A stretch of DNA of 64,000 nucleotides from an uncultured delta proteobacterium. GTDB taxonomy: Bacteria > Desulfobacterota > Binatia > Binatales > Binataceae. Shown here in pieces: positions 21,976-33,472 of the stretch. The notes beneath the pieces are model-generated. The model worked only from the letters and a program-made list of their open reading frames with translations, had not been told where the DNA came from and did not search any database. The position numbers and the translations under genes are program-made. The stretch spans positions 796,395 through 860,394 of the forward strand of contig CAWHTV010000007.1 in the NCBI GenBank assembly GCA_963832395.1, written 5' to 3'. Positions within the stretch are counted from its first letter, which is position 1. Each line of letters opens with the position of its first letter.

Positions 21976-22737
21976 TCAGATCACGTAGCCGCCGTTGGGG
22001 CTCAATCACCTGGCCTACCATGAACGACGAATCCTCGCAGGCCAGGTATAGGGCCGCGGCCGCGATGTCGCGCGGCTCGCCGAAGCGGCCGATCGGCGTC
22101 CTCGCCATCACCAACTGGCGCAACTCGGGCGTCAGCGGCGCGGTCATCGGCGTCTCGATGAAACCGGGCGCGATGCAGTTGACCAGGATGCCGTGGCGGA
22201 CGACTTCGCGCGCGACGCATTTGGTGAACGAGATTATTCCGCCCTTGGCCGCGCCGTAGTCGGCGGCCAGCTCGATGCCGGTCAGGCCGACGATCGAGCC
22301 CAGGTTGATGATCCGTCCGGATTGTTTCGCGATCATCACGCTTGAGCGCCTGCGCGCGTGCAGTAGAAGGTCGCGTCGAGATGCGTGGCGAGCATCTTGT
22401 GCCAGTCCTCGTCGGTCTTGTCGACGGTGGGAGTCGCCTCGCTGCCCGGGCGCACGCGGCCGATGCCGGCGTTATTGATCAGGACATCGATAGTGCCGAA
22501 GGCGGCGACGAAGTCGGCGAACATCTTTTTGACCGCCGCACTGTCCGAGACGTCGGCGACCAGCCGCACCGCCTGCCCTCCCGCCCGTTCAATCTCGGTC
22601 ACCACGTTCTGCGCCGCCTCGGGCCGCAGGTCGTTGACGCCGATTTTCGCGCCCTCGCGCGTGAACACGAGCGCCATCTCGCGCCCCAGCCCCGAGCCTG
22701 CGCCGGTTATCAGCACCGTCTTGTCTTTGAGCTTCAT
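21976..22737 (-). CDS. SDR-family reductase (FabG-like), frame-disrupted
   Basis: MKLKDKTVLITGAGSGLGREMAL..., NNAGI, then (after a frame switch at ~22340) GRIINLGSIVG...YGAAKGG...NCIAPGFIETPM. Removing one C from the CCCC run at ~21997 gives GQVIEPNGGYVI-stop at 21976. As sequenced, the ORF instead runs on into malQ. Confidence 0.75.
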
Positions 22738-22754
22738 CGCACCTCCGCCTTGCC

Positions 22755-23102
22755 CTACTTCTTCCCCGCCACGCCTTCCTTGAGCTGGCGCTTCCAGTCC
22801 AGCCGCCGCGCTTCGGCGCCCGCCTCCTCGGCTTCTTTTATCATCCCCTTCTTCTGGTAGAACATGCTGAGGTTGGTGAACGCGAGGATGTCTTCGGGCT
22901 CCTGCGCGATATATTTTCTGGTCAGCTCGATCGCGGTGTCGAGGTCGCCCTTGGCCTGGTAGCACATCACCATCCCGTGCAAGGCATCGGTGTAGCGCGG
23001 GTCCTGCTCGAGCGCGCTCTCATACAGCTCGATCGCCTCGTCGTACTTGCCGTCGGCGTAAAGGTCGATCGCCGAATCGTAAAGCTCCTCCTTGTCGGGC
23101 AT
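22755..23102 (-). CDS. Small TPR-repeat protein
   Basis: Intact 115-aa ORF. YDSAIDLYADGKYDEAIELYESALEQDPRYTDALHGMVMCYQAKGDLDTAIE is a pair of canonical TPR units. Confidence 0.7.
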   Translation of the reverse strand: MPDKEELYDSAIDLYADGKYDEAIELYESALEQDPRYTDALHGMVMCYQAKGDLDTAIELTRKYIAQEPEDILAFTNLSMFYQKKGMIKEAEEAGAEARRLDWKRQLKEGVAGKK

Positions 23103-23251
23103 CCTGAACCTCTCACTCCCTGCTTGATTGCGGTTCGCCGGCGCGCACAGCCGTTCTTGCCGTCCGTTCCGCTCCTATATACTACAGATATCAGCGCCCC
23201 GTGCCCGCGGAAATCGCGGGTGGCTGCAGCGGCGAGCGCGGATATCGCGCG

Positions 23252-23557
23252 ATGTACAGCGAAGAAGAAGTCTACGAAGTGCTGCGCGAGTGCTACGACC
23301 CCGAAATGCCGGTCAATATCGTCGACCTGGGACTGGTCTATCACGTCGGCATCCAGGGCGGAGTGATCACGATCGAGATGACGCTGACGGCGCCCGGCTG
23401 CTCGATGGGCGCGATGATCGCGAGCGAGATCCAGGACAAGCTGCTCGGCATCCCCGGCTGCGAAGAGGCCAACGTCGAGATGGTGTGGGATCCGCCGTGG
23501 ACCCCGCACATGATGAGCCCGGCGGCGCGCAAGGCGCTGGGCCTCGACGACGATTGA
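23252..23557 (+). CDS. DUF59 / SufT-like Fe-S assembly factor
   Basis: MYSEEEVYEVLRECYDPEMPVNIVDLGLVY...MTLTAPGCSMG...V.MVWDPPWTPHMMS is the typical MIP18/DUF59 pattern. Confidence 0.75.
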   Translation: MYSEEEVYEVLRECYDPEMPVNIVDLGLVYHVGIQGGVITIEMTLTAPGCSMGAMIASEIQDKLLGIPGCEEANVEMVWDPPWTPHMMSPAARKALGLDDD

Positions 23558-23597
23558 GCGCGCAGCCGCCGTGCGTTAGCGCCAGAGCCTCCGCGCG

Positions 23598-25215
23598 CTA
23601 GCGCTCGGGATCTATCAACACACCCGGATTGAGAATCGCATGCGGGTCGAGCGCGCGCTTGGCCGCCTTAAGCGCTCGCGCGAAGCCTTCGGGCCGCTGA
23701 CGGTCGTACCATGGGCGATGGTCGCGGCCCACCGAGTGATGATGCGTGATCGTGCCGCCGAGCTTCACGATCACTTCCGACACCGCCTGCTTTGATTTCG
23801 TCCCATTGCTCCAGTTCGGAGCCGCGCTTGCCCGGCGCGAGGATCGTGTAATACGGCGCGGGCCCGTCGGGATAGGCGTGGGTGAAACGGCAGGTCATCG
23901 TGCCCTGGCCGCAGATGCGCCGTATCGCGTCGGTCCCGGTCTCCATCAATTGCGCGTGATAGTTCGCAAAGCGATCCCAGGTGATCGCGGTCTCGAACGT
24001 GTCGTTCACGATTCCCATCGAGATCAGCACGTCGCGCAGGTACGGCGCCTTGATGAACGCCTCGCGCCATGCGCCGGCCGCGCCTTCGTGCGTGGCCGCG
24101 GCATCGGTGCGCGTGCGGCCCGCGCCCTCGGGAATCTTTCCGCCGAGGTCGGCGCAGATTTCAAGCGCGCGCTTCATCCACGGCTCCAACTCGTGGTCGG
24201 CCGACTCGAAGGCCAGCACCAGCACGGCGGCCTCGCCCTGGTTGGCGCCGGCGTTGGCGGCCTCGCCCGGATCGAGCAGGCGGCAGTTGGCCGGATAGAG
24301 TCCGGCCTGCGCGATCGCGCGCACCGCATTGGCTCCGGCGATAAAATCGGGAAACGCGACCGAAGCGCCGGCGCGAAACTTCGGCCGGTCCTGCAGGCGC
24401 ATCCAGGCCTCGGTGATGATGCCGAGAATTCCCTCCGAGCCGATGAACATGCGGTCGGGACTCGGCCCGGCGCCCGAGCCAGGCAGGCGGCGCGACTCGA
24501 TCACGCCGGTCGGCGTGAGCACGCGAACCGACTCCACGAAATCGTCGATATGGGTGTAGAGCGTCGCGAAATGGCCGCCCGAGCGCGTCGCGATCCATCC
24601 GCCAAGCGTGGAAAACTCGAAAGACTGCGGGAAGTGGCGCAGCGTGTAGTTGTGCGGGCGCAACTGGTCTTCGAGCGAGGGGCCGAGCACGCCGCCCTGG
24701 ATGCGCGCCGCGCGCGAGGCGCGGTCGACTTCGAGCACGCGGTCCAACCGCGTCAGGTCGATCGACACCGAGCCGCGCCAGTCGCCATCCGCGGGCGGCT
24801 CGACCCCGCCCACCACGCTCGAGCCGCCGCCGTAAGGCGTCACCGCGATACGCTCTTTGTCGCACCATTCGAGCACGCGGGTAAGCTCGGCCTCGTCGCG
24901 CGGAAAGGCGACCGCGTCGAACGGATTGGGGTAGTAGCGGCGAAATGCGCGCACCACGTCGCGATAGCCGCGTCCGTAGCTGTGGCCGGCGCGGTCATAG
25001 ATGCTGGTTGAGAAGATCGCGGCGAGCGCGTCGGGCGGCTTTATCCGCGGCGCGCGCAGATTGAGTTCGTCTTCGCGCGGCGGCGGCGTAATCGTCAGCG
25101 GAGCCAGCCCAAAGCGCTTGGCCATCCGCTCCGCGATATGCTTTTGCTGCTCCGCGTTCGGGTGCTGATCCTCGTAGCCCCATCCCCAGAACTTGCGCTT
25201 GCGCTGCTCCGCCAT
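23598..25215 (-). CDS. FAD-linked oxidase of the alkyldihydroxyacetone-phosphate synthase (AGPS)-like type, frame-disrupted near the 3' end
   Basis: N-terminus KFWGWGYEDQ (AGPS-like W-G-W-G-Y). FAD-binding region VTPYGGGSSVVGG. Also GGWIATRSGG and SEGILGIITEAWMRL. The C-terminus GGTITHHHSVGRDH...ILNPGVLI is in ORF 23598-23783 (switch ~23785). Confidence 0.7.
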
Positions 25216-25393
25216 CGCTTGTCGCCCTCCCTCCGCTGCTCGTGAAGCGACAATTGTGCAGCCGCCCGCCCTCGGAGGCAAACCGAATCGCGCGATTCGG
25301 CCGTGCCCGTGATGCCAACGCACGCGGACTTGCGCGGCGCGCGGCCGGGTCGTATCTCTCGAAGACATCGACTCGAGACAGCCGAGGAACACG

Positions 25394-26278
<885 letters not shown>

Positions 26279-26389
26279 AAAAGGCGCGCAGTTGCGCGCA
26301 AGCGTCGCGGTTGATCTAATTGCGCACAGGCTTCGCGCAAGGTTCTCGCAAGACTTGCGCAAGACTATCGACAGACCCCGGAGGAAATC

Positions 26390-27184
26390 ATGGCCGATTA
26401 TTCGACGCTGCTCTTCGACGTGCGCAACAACGTCGCCCACATCACGCTCAACCGGCCCGAGGCCGCCAACGCGCTCAATGCCGAACTCGCGCACGACCTG
26501 ATGGAAGTGTCGTTGCGCTGCGAGGAGGATCCCAGCGTCCGCGCCGTGCTGATAAACGCCGCGGGCAAAATCTTCTGCGCCGGCGGCGACCTCAAAAGCT
26601 TCGCCGCGCAGCCCAAAGAGATGCTGCCGACCTACTTCAAGAAGGTCACCTTTCATCTGCACAAGGCTATTTCGCGCTTCAACCGGATGAAGGCGCCGGT
26701 GGTGCTGGCGATCCATGGCGCGGCGGGCGGCGCCGGGATGAGTCTCGCGTGTGCGGGCGATATCGTGATCGCGGCGGAGTCGGCGCGGTTCACGATGGCG
26801 TACACGCGGGCGGGACTCACGCCCGACGGATCGTCGACTTATTTCCTGCCGCGAATCGTGGGCCTCAGGCGTGCGATGGACCTGACGCTCACCAACCGCG
26901 TGCTCTCGGCGCGCGAGGCCTACGAGATGGGCATCGTGACCCGCGTGGTGCCTGACGGTGAGCTGATGGCGACCGCGGAGGGACTGGCGAAGGGTTTCGC
27001 GCAGGGGCCGACGCGCGCCTACCTGGGCGTGAAGCGCCTGTTCGCCGAGAGCGCGACCAGGACGCTCGAGGATCAGATGGAACTGGAGACCGAGTGGATC
27101 GCCGACATGGGGCGCACAGCCGACGGCTCCGAGGGCATCGCTGCGTTTCTGGAAAAGCGCCCGCCGAAGTTCAAAGGCGAGTAA
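26390..27184 (+). CDS. Enoyl-CoA hydratase/isomerase (crotonase) family protein
   Basis: Intact 264-aa ORF with ITLNRPEAANAL, FCAGGDLK, AIHGAAGGAGMSLACAGD and GLTPDGSSTYFLPR. Confidence 0.85.
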   Translation: MADYSTLLFDVRNNVAHITLNRPEAANALNAELAHDLMEVSLRCEEDPSVRAVLINAAGKIFCAGGDLKSFAAQPKEMLPTYFKKVTFHLHKAISRFNRMKAPVVLAIHGAAGGAGMSLACAGDIVIAAESARFTMAYTRAGLTPDGSSTYFLPRIVGLRRAMDLTLTNRVLSAREAYEMGIVTRVVPDGELMATAEGLAKGFAQGPTRAYLGVKRLFAESATRTLEDQMELETEWIADMGRTADGSEGIAAFLEKRPPKFKGE

Positions 27185-27273
27185 CGCCTGCCGACGAAAC
27201 GAAAGAAGGGGCGTGGAGCGCACCTCGCGCCCCACGCCCCTTCGTCGTACCGGACTAGGACAGACGCTTGCCG

Positions 27274-28648
27274 CTAGTGGACGCTGACGAAGCGGAGCAC
27301 TCCGTGGCTAACCAGGTTGAAGCCAGGGCTGATGACGTGAGTGCTGGGGACGCGCGGCGCTGCCAGCAACGCATTGATATCCACCACCGCAACAAACGTC
27401 CGAGTGCGGTCGAGTAGCACTCCCATCGGGTTACCCGTCGTCGGACTGACGTAGGACGTCACGCCGTGCGGGTCGAAAGTGTTATTCCAGGCACCCGAGG
27501 GAGTATTGGGGACCAAGGCCTCGACCCAGTCTTGCACGGCTGGCTTTCCGCTTCCCGAAGTGGCGGGCAGCCTGAAGCCGGCAAACTCGTTTCCGCCAAA
27601 TTCCGCCTGCATAAGCCCGACGTGCCCCCCTGGCGCTACGGTGATGCCGGTGCTGGTGAATCCGATAACATCGGCCAGGGTCTGTATCTGCGATGGCGCC
27701 GTCCATGAACCGGGAGACCCACCGGTGAACTTGGCCTGACTCAGGTCGCTTATGAACATTTGGCCTTCGGTCTCAGGGTTCGGACTGAACTCGACGCTTC
27801 CCACTGCTATGTCCGTGGTGCAATCCACCGCCGCGCCATCCAATTCCTTGCCCTCAATCACGGAGCCGCGATCGCCGTATAAGAAAACCTCCGGCTGTGC
27901 GCCGACGTCATACTTCACGATGTCGTAGTCGGCGGTCTCCGTGGCAGACAGGATCCAGTGTTTGTTCGGTTCGATCGCCGGCGATTCCGACAGCGCGGGC
28001 ACGCCAACCGATCCCAGAGAGGCTCCGTTGGAAAGCGCGAAAAATTGATAAAGGAAGATAGCTGCGCCGGGGGAGACGGCGGGTTGGCGTGTCAGACCGA
28101 CAACGCCGACCCCGAGCGGATCGACCGACGAGTTACAGTTCGTGCAACTACCGCCGCTGAAGTTGGCTGTGCCCGTGGCGATGCTGGTGACCGTCTTCGT
28201 CAGTGTCGAGCCGTTGATCAAGTAAACGTCATTGTTGTCCGCGCTGCAGATTACCGTGCCGGTTACGCTGTTACCCGAGCATGAGTTCACGATTTGCGTG
28301 GTGGGAATCGTCGCGCGGCTTACACCGCCCTCCAGCGGCACCAGGTAGACTCCGGTGACGGCGGTATCGCTCCAGTCACCCGCCGGTGCATAGACGCTCA
28401 CGTCTTTGGTCGTCGAATTGACGATAACCCCCATTGCTCCCGACGCCACACACGCCGCCGCTACGCTGGGATTTGGCGTGGGTGTGGCGGTCGGAGCCGC
28501 TGGCGTTGGCGTGACGGCCGGTGCTGGCTGAGGTGACGAAGAGTGACGAAGAGTTATTGTCTCCCCCGCAGGCTCCCAGAGCCAACGTCATTCCCAGAAA
28601 GAGCGCGAACAACCCGACCAGCCGAGGCCCGCTGAAATTTTCCACCAC
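27274..28648 (-). CDS. Lipoprotein of unknown function, frame-disrupted after the lipobox
   Basis: Start VVENFSGPRLVGLFALFLGMTLALGACGG (lipobox LGAC). A Pro/Thr linker SPQPAPAVTPTPAAPTATPTPNP is in another frame. It is followed by ORF 27274-28449, whose translated sequence I could not assign to any family by eye. Confidence 0.55.
28533..28552. repeat. Perfect 10-bp tandem duplication (gtgacgaaga x2) at the frame-switch site of the lipoprotein gene
   Basis: Read directly from the sequence. Deleting one copy joins GGDNNSSS in frame to PQPAPAVTPTP. Confidence 0.9.
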
Positions 28649-28746
28649 TATGATTTTCCCCCGCGTCAGAGTTCCGAAACGAACGCAAGTTAACGTTCAG
28701 CGATAAGTAAAGCAAGTAGAACTTGCCCGGCGCTCCCCAATGTCAA

Positions 28747-28769
28747 AATTGACGGAACAATTGACGGAA
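28747..28769. repeat. Two 11-bp direct repeats (aattgacggaa) with 12-bp periodicity upstream of the lipoprotein gene
   Basis: 28747-28757 and 28759-28769 are identical. A TTGACA hexamer (minus strand, 28741-28746) lies directly downstream of them relative to lipoprotein-gene transcription. Confidence 0.85.
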
Positions 28770-28814
28770 TTAGACTGCCGAGTTGGGCGCGCAGCGTGCG
28801 CGCCCGATGGCAGA

Positions 28815-28852
28815 TCTGAAAACAACTGCGCCGGCCGGCCGGTCCGGCGCAG
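28815..28852 (-). terminator. Intrinsic-terminator-like hairpin downstream of pepN
   Basis: Nine-bp GC stem ctgcgccgg (28826-28834) / ccggcgcag (28844-28852). On the minus strand it is followed by TTGTTTTC. It starts 7 nt after the pepN stop. Confidence 0.55.
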
Positions 28853-28858
28853 TTTCTC

Positions 28859-31447
28859 TCAGCCCTTGAGCGTGGCGGCCAGATTCGCGCCTTCGCGCTT
28901 GCGAAATGCCACCGCCACACGCAACCGCTCGAGATGCTGGTCGATTATCTTGCCGCCGAGCCTCACCCGATGAGCCTGAAAGAATTCGTGCACCTCGCCT
29001 TCGCGCTCGAGCAGTCCGACGATCGCCTCGCACATCCGGGGCAGCGCGGCGTCGGGGAACTTGCGAATCATCTCCTCCCAATGCTTCTTCACGAACTCCC
29101 ACGCCTCGTAGCGGCAAGAGGTGTTGAGCAGCAACGAATGCATCAGGTAGGGCGCGTTCTGAGTCCGCACCTCGCCACTCAGCGTCATCTCCATCGTCGC
29201 GCGCAAAAGCTCGCACGCGACGGAAGTTGGCCAGCGAAAACAGGTAGCGTTGCTCTTCCTGCGGGGTTCGCGCAGACTTAAAGTGTTGCTTGAACTCCTC
29301 GTAGCGCGCGCGGTCGCCGGAGTAGGCCAGGATTCCGATCACTGGCGGCACCAGGTCGCGGTCCACCGAGGCCGGATCCTTGAGATAGCGCGCGTAGATT
29401 TCGGCTGCGCGTCGCTGCACGTCGCGGTCGTCGCCGAGCGTGCCCAGCGCGCCCCATAGCGACCCGCGCAACTGGCGCGTCAGCTCGTCCTCGTCCGGAC
29501 GCGGATCCCATCCCAGGCGCTCCGCCGCGCCGCTGACAATCTGCGCGAACCGTCGCGGCCAGTGCTGGACGCTCGGCCTCGTTGACGATCATGTCGAGAT
29601 AGCCGAGCGGCGCGAGCATCGCGCGCCACACGTTGAGGTCGGTCTCGCCGCGCATCGCGCGCAGCATGGCGAGGAATTCCTTGAGCGGCATCATCCCGGC
29701 GACCGTCGCGGCCCACGAATCGCTCACCAGCGCGTAGCGCTCCACCGCCTGTGAGCTCGCCCAGGTTGCGGCCCAGCGCCGCGAGCAGGTCGGGCGCGTA
29801 GCGCACGCGGTAAAACCCATGGCCGCCCTCATTGAGCAGCGCCCATTCCACGCGCCCGCCCAAATCGAGCGTCGCCTCGCGGCCGTCGAGCAGCAGCCTG
29901 TGGGTCGCGACGCCGTTTTCGGTTTTCGCCCGCACCATCACCGGCACCTGCCAGAGCTGATCGTGCCCGGCGGCGGCGGCGTTTTCGGCGAGATAGAAAA
30001 AGCGCCGTTGGCGCACCACCAGCGAGCGCCCGTCGGCTCCCATGGCCGCCTCGACCATCGGAAAGCCGGGCTGGAAAATCCACGAGTCCATCAGCTTGCG
30101 CACCGGCTCGTCGGAAGCCCGCTCCAGCGCGTCCCACAGATCGCCGGTCTCCGCGTTGGCGTATTGATGCTTGCGCAGGTAGGCGGCGATACCCTTGCGG
30201 AAGCGCTCCGCGCCCAGGTACTGCTCGAGCATCCTGAGCACCGAGGCGCCCTTCTCATAGGTCAGCACGTCGAACATCGCGCGCGCGTCCTCGGGGCTCA
30301 GCACGGTGAACTCGATCGGCCGCGTGCTGCTCAGCGCGTCGATCGCCATCGCCGCCGTGCGCGAGACCGAGAAGCTCTCCCAGCGTTTCCAGTTCGGCTT
30401 CCAGGCGTCGACCGCGAGCATCTCCATGAAGGTGGCGAACGCCTCGTTGAGCCAGATGCCGTTCCACCACTTCATCGTGACCAGGTCGCCGAACCACATG
30501 TGGGCGTTCTCGTGCGCGACGACGTCGGCCACGCGCTCGAGCTCGGCGCGCGAGGCGCTGTGGTCGTCGATCAGCAACGCGGTCTCGCGGAACGTGATCG
30601 CGCCCAGGTTCTCCATCGCGCCCGAAGCGAAGTCGGGAATCGCAATCAGGTCGAGCTTGTCGCCCGGATAGGGCAGCTCGTAGTAGTTGGCGAACCACTT
30701 GAGCGAGAAGGCGCCGATCTCGCGCGCCCATGCGGTCAGCGCCCGCTTGCCCGGCACGTGCGCGACACGCAGCGGCGTTCCGGCGTCGGTCGGCTCGGTC
30801 GCCTCGAACTCGCCCACGATAAAAGCGAGCAGGTAGGTCGACATCTTGATCGTCTCCTTGTAGACGATCTCCTTCTTGCCGCCGCCGAGGCTGCGCTCGC
30901 TCTCGACTCCGGCGTTGGAAAAGGCGCTCAAACCTTCGTCGATCACCAGCCGCACCTTGAAGCGCGCCTTAAGCGCCGGCTCATCCCAGCACGGGATCGC
31001 CCGGCGCGCGTCGGTCGCCTCGAACTGGGTGCTGGCGACCAGATGGGTGTTGCCCTTGGCGTCCTTGTAAGTGCTGCGATAAAAGCCATGCAGCTTGTCG
31101 TTGAGGATGCCGCGAAAGGCGATGCGCAGCGTCCATTCGCCGGGCTCCAGCGTGCGCTCGAAACTCAGGCGCGCGCGCTCGTGGGCGGGCTCCAGCGCCG
31201 CCTTGCCGGCGACGATGACGCCGCCGCGCTCGGCGCTGATCTTGTCGATCTCCAGCTCGAGCGCGTTGAGCACCATCTCGGCGGTCGCAGTGACAACCCG
31301 CACCGCCACGTTCTCTTCACCGGCGAAGGTGAACGCGCGAAGATCGGGCGTGAGGCTTATTTCGTAGCGCTCCGGCACCACGTTCGACGGAAGTCTGTGT
31401 TCGGAAGCCTTGTCGGCGGCGAGCGGCGCGCCCTCCTGATCAATCAT
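28859..31447 (-). CDS. pepN: M1-family aminopeptidase N, frame-disrupted in the C-terminal ERAP1-like domain
   Basis: GAMENLG and HENAHMWFGDLVTMKWWNGIWLNEAFATF (HExxH-x18-E) in ORF 29480-31513. The start is MIDQEG at 31447. C-terminal helical-domain pieces are in ORFs 29278-29832, 28770-29471 and 28859-29206. Confidence 0.9.
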
Positions 31448-31628
31448 TTTAATAGCCTTCCTGAGGTTTGAGCTTGTTCGATTGGCGAGCCGCGGCTGTG
31501 CCGGCGCGGCCACATACGGGATAGAGTACCGCGCGGCGCGCCAGCGGCCAATCGCGCGCGAGCGCCAGCCAAACCGCGCGCGCGTGCTGGCTAAGGTCTG
31601 GTCCGCCGCGACGCCGGCCCTCTTCGGC

Positions 31629-32522
31629 CTAAGGAATATCGTGCGCCGCGGCCGTATCGCGGCTGTCTGTGCGGGCGAGTTCGGCGAAATTCGTCAGGCG
31701 TGCGCCCGCCCCTTCGAGCGCGACCGGCAGCAGCGGGCTGGTCAGAATTTCGACTTCGCGCTGCGCCGCCGCCGGCGGTGGGGCGCCGCCGATGTCGGCC
31801 GCCGGATGAGCATAAATCTCGGTCAACCCCGGGCCAAGCCGCGCGATCACGCCGAGCATGTACTGCTCGCTCAAGTTGCCGCTCTGATGCAGTCCGAAGA
31901 GCCAATCGGTGGACTTGATTCCGCGCTCGGTCATTTTTCGCCGCGCCCGCTTCGAGAGCGCCCGGAAGATAACCGCCTCGACCAGCTTGCGCGGCGCGTT
32001 GTCGCGCGCCAGCGCCAGGGTCGTAAACACCGGCTCGCGCGGCAGCCGGATACAGGGCACGCGGTACTCCGAGGCCAGGTCGAGCAGGATGTCGCTGATG
32101 ACCGGATGGACGTGGAAATTCAGATGGCCGTCGATATGGTTGAGATAACCGACCAGCTTCAGATGCAGCTCGATCTGCGCGCGGCATTCGTCGGCAATTT
32201 TGGTGCGCAACCCGCGGTTGAAAAAATAGCGCATCCCGCCCTTCACCGGGTTTTCGACGAAGCGGCCGGCGCTGTCGACCAGCCCGCCCAGCCGCGCGGG
32301 CGGCAACACGCTTTGTCCCTTGCACACGACAAGATGAAGGCCGACGTCGAGGCCGGGGCATTCGCGCGCCGCCGCAACGGCCGCGTCGCGCGCCGGCGCC
32401 GCCACCATCAGGCTCGCCCCGCGCAGCACGCCCTCGCGATGCGCCCGCAGGATGCCGGCGTTGACCTCGGCGGAAGCGCCAAAATCGTCGGCGGTAAAGA
32501 TGACGGATTTCGATTCCGTCAT
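31629..32522 (-). CDS. hpnK: Hopanoid biosynthesis-associated YdjC-like deacetylase HpnK
   Basis: Intact 297-aa ORF with VIFTADDFGASAEVNAGILRAHREGVL..ASLMV, GLHLV and IDGHLNFHVHP (YdjC/ChbG metal-site pattern). It is located next to hpnG and the hpn operon. Confidence 0.7.
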   Translation of the reverse strand: MTESKSVIFTADDFGASAEVNAGILRAHREGVLRGASLMVAAPARDAAVAAARECPGLDVGLHLVVCKGQSVLPPARLGGLVDSAGRFVENPVKGGMRYFFNRGLRTKIADECRAQIELHLKLVGYLNHIDGHLNFHVHPVISDILLDLASEYRVPCIRLPREPVFTTLALARDNAPRKLVEAVIFRALSKRARRKMTERGIKSTDWLFGLHQSGNLSEQYMLGVIARLGPGLTEIYAHPAADIGGAPPPAAAQREVEILTSPLLPVALEGAGARLTNFAELARTDSRDTAAAHDIP

Positions 32523-32635
32523 CGACTGAATCGCGCGCGCACAAGCCGCCGCGCTTGTGTCACAATCCTGTTGACGCGCGCCTCCACGGGCGCAATTTTG
32601 CTAGCAACCGCGACGCGGCTCAAGCTGAAACCCTG

Positions 32636-33472
32636 GTGATCCTGATCTTTTACGCATTCGCGCGCGAGGTCGGCGCTTTCAAGCGCCGCCTTGCGGACCG
32701 CACCGCTTTGGGAATCGACGGGCTGCGAGGATTTCGCGGCCGGCTCGGCTCGGCGGAAATCGTCGGCGTCGCCACGGGGCTCGGGATACGCCGGGCCGCC
32801 GATACGGCGCGCCGCGCGCTGCAATCGTTCGCGTCGGCGGATCTCGTGATTGCGACCGGGCTTGCGGGAGCGCTCAGCGAAGAGCTGCAACCCGGAGACC
32901 TGGTGCTCGCCGATCGTCTCGTTCTCGACGACGAGCGTCCGGGCCTCGCGCCGCCAACGATCGCAATTCCTCCCGCCGATCTCGCCCGCTTCAAGGCCGC
33001 GCTGGAGGCGCATCCGCTCAAGTTCGCGACCGGAACGATCCTGACCGCCGCGCAGATTCTCAAAGATGGCGCCGCCAAGCGCGACGCGCGGGCCACGACG
33101 GGCGCGCTCGCGGTCGACATGGAAAGCGCCGCCATCGCGGCCGAGGCGCATCGATGCGGAATGCGCTTCGCCTGCGTGCGCGCGGTGCTCGACACCGTCG
33201 ACGAGGAAATCGTGGGTGCGGAACTGGCGGGACCCGACGGCGAGGTGCGGCCGCTTGCGGCCGCCGGCTTCGTGCTGCGCAATCCCGCGGCGGTAATCGG
33301 GCTCGCGCGTATGATGCGCAGCCTCAATCGCGCAACGGCGGCGCTGGCCAACGCGCTCGAGGCGCTGAGCCTGCCCCGAGGCGTGACCGAGCGCGGCGTT
33401 ACGCGACGCCTCGGCGCCTGGCGGGAGATCGCGACGCTGCCGCGACTCCACACTGCAAGCGATCGCTCGTAA
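32636..33472 (+). CDS. hpnG: Hopanoid-associated phosphorylase HpnG (PNP/MTAN-fold adenosylhopane nucleosidase)
   Basis: VILIFYAFAREV...VATGLG...VIATGLAGAL...LAVDMESAAIAAEA is a PNP_UDP_1 fold pattern. It is divergent from hpnK. The start is uncertain: GTG at 32636 or TTG at 32555. Confidence 0.65.
   Translation: MILIFYAFAREVGAFKRRLADRTALGIDGLRGFRGRLGSAEIVGVATGLGIRRAADTARRALQSFASADLVIATGLAGALSEELQPGDLVLADRLVLDDERPGLAPPTIAIPPADLARFKAALEAHPLKFATGTILTAAQILKDGAAKRDARATTGALAVDMESAAIAAEAHRCGMRFACVRAVLDTVDEEIVGAELAGPDGEVRPLAAAGFVLRNPAAVIGLARMMRSLNRATAALANALEALSLPRGVTERGVTRRLGAWREIATLPRLHTASDRS

Noticed and set aside
20741-22339. 532-aa ORF suggesting an SDR::4-alpha-glucanotransferase fusion
   Set aside because: Removing one C from a CCCC run at ~21997 gives a normal SDR C-terminus (GQVIEPNGGYVI-stop). 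malQ has its own ATG at 21946.
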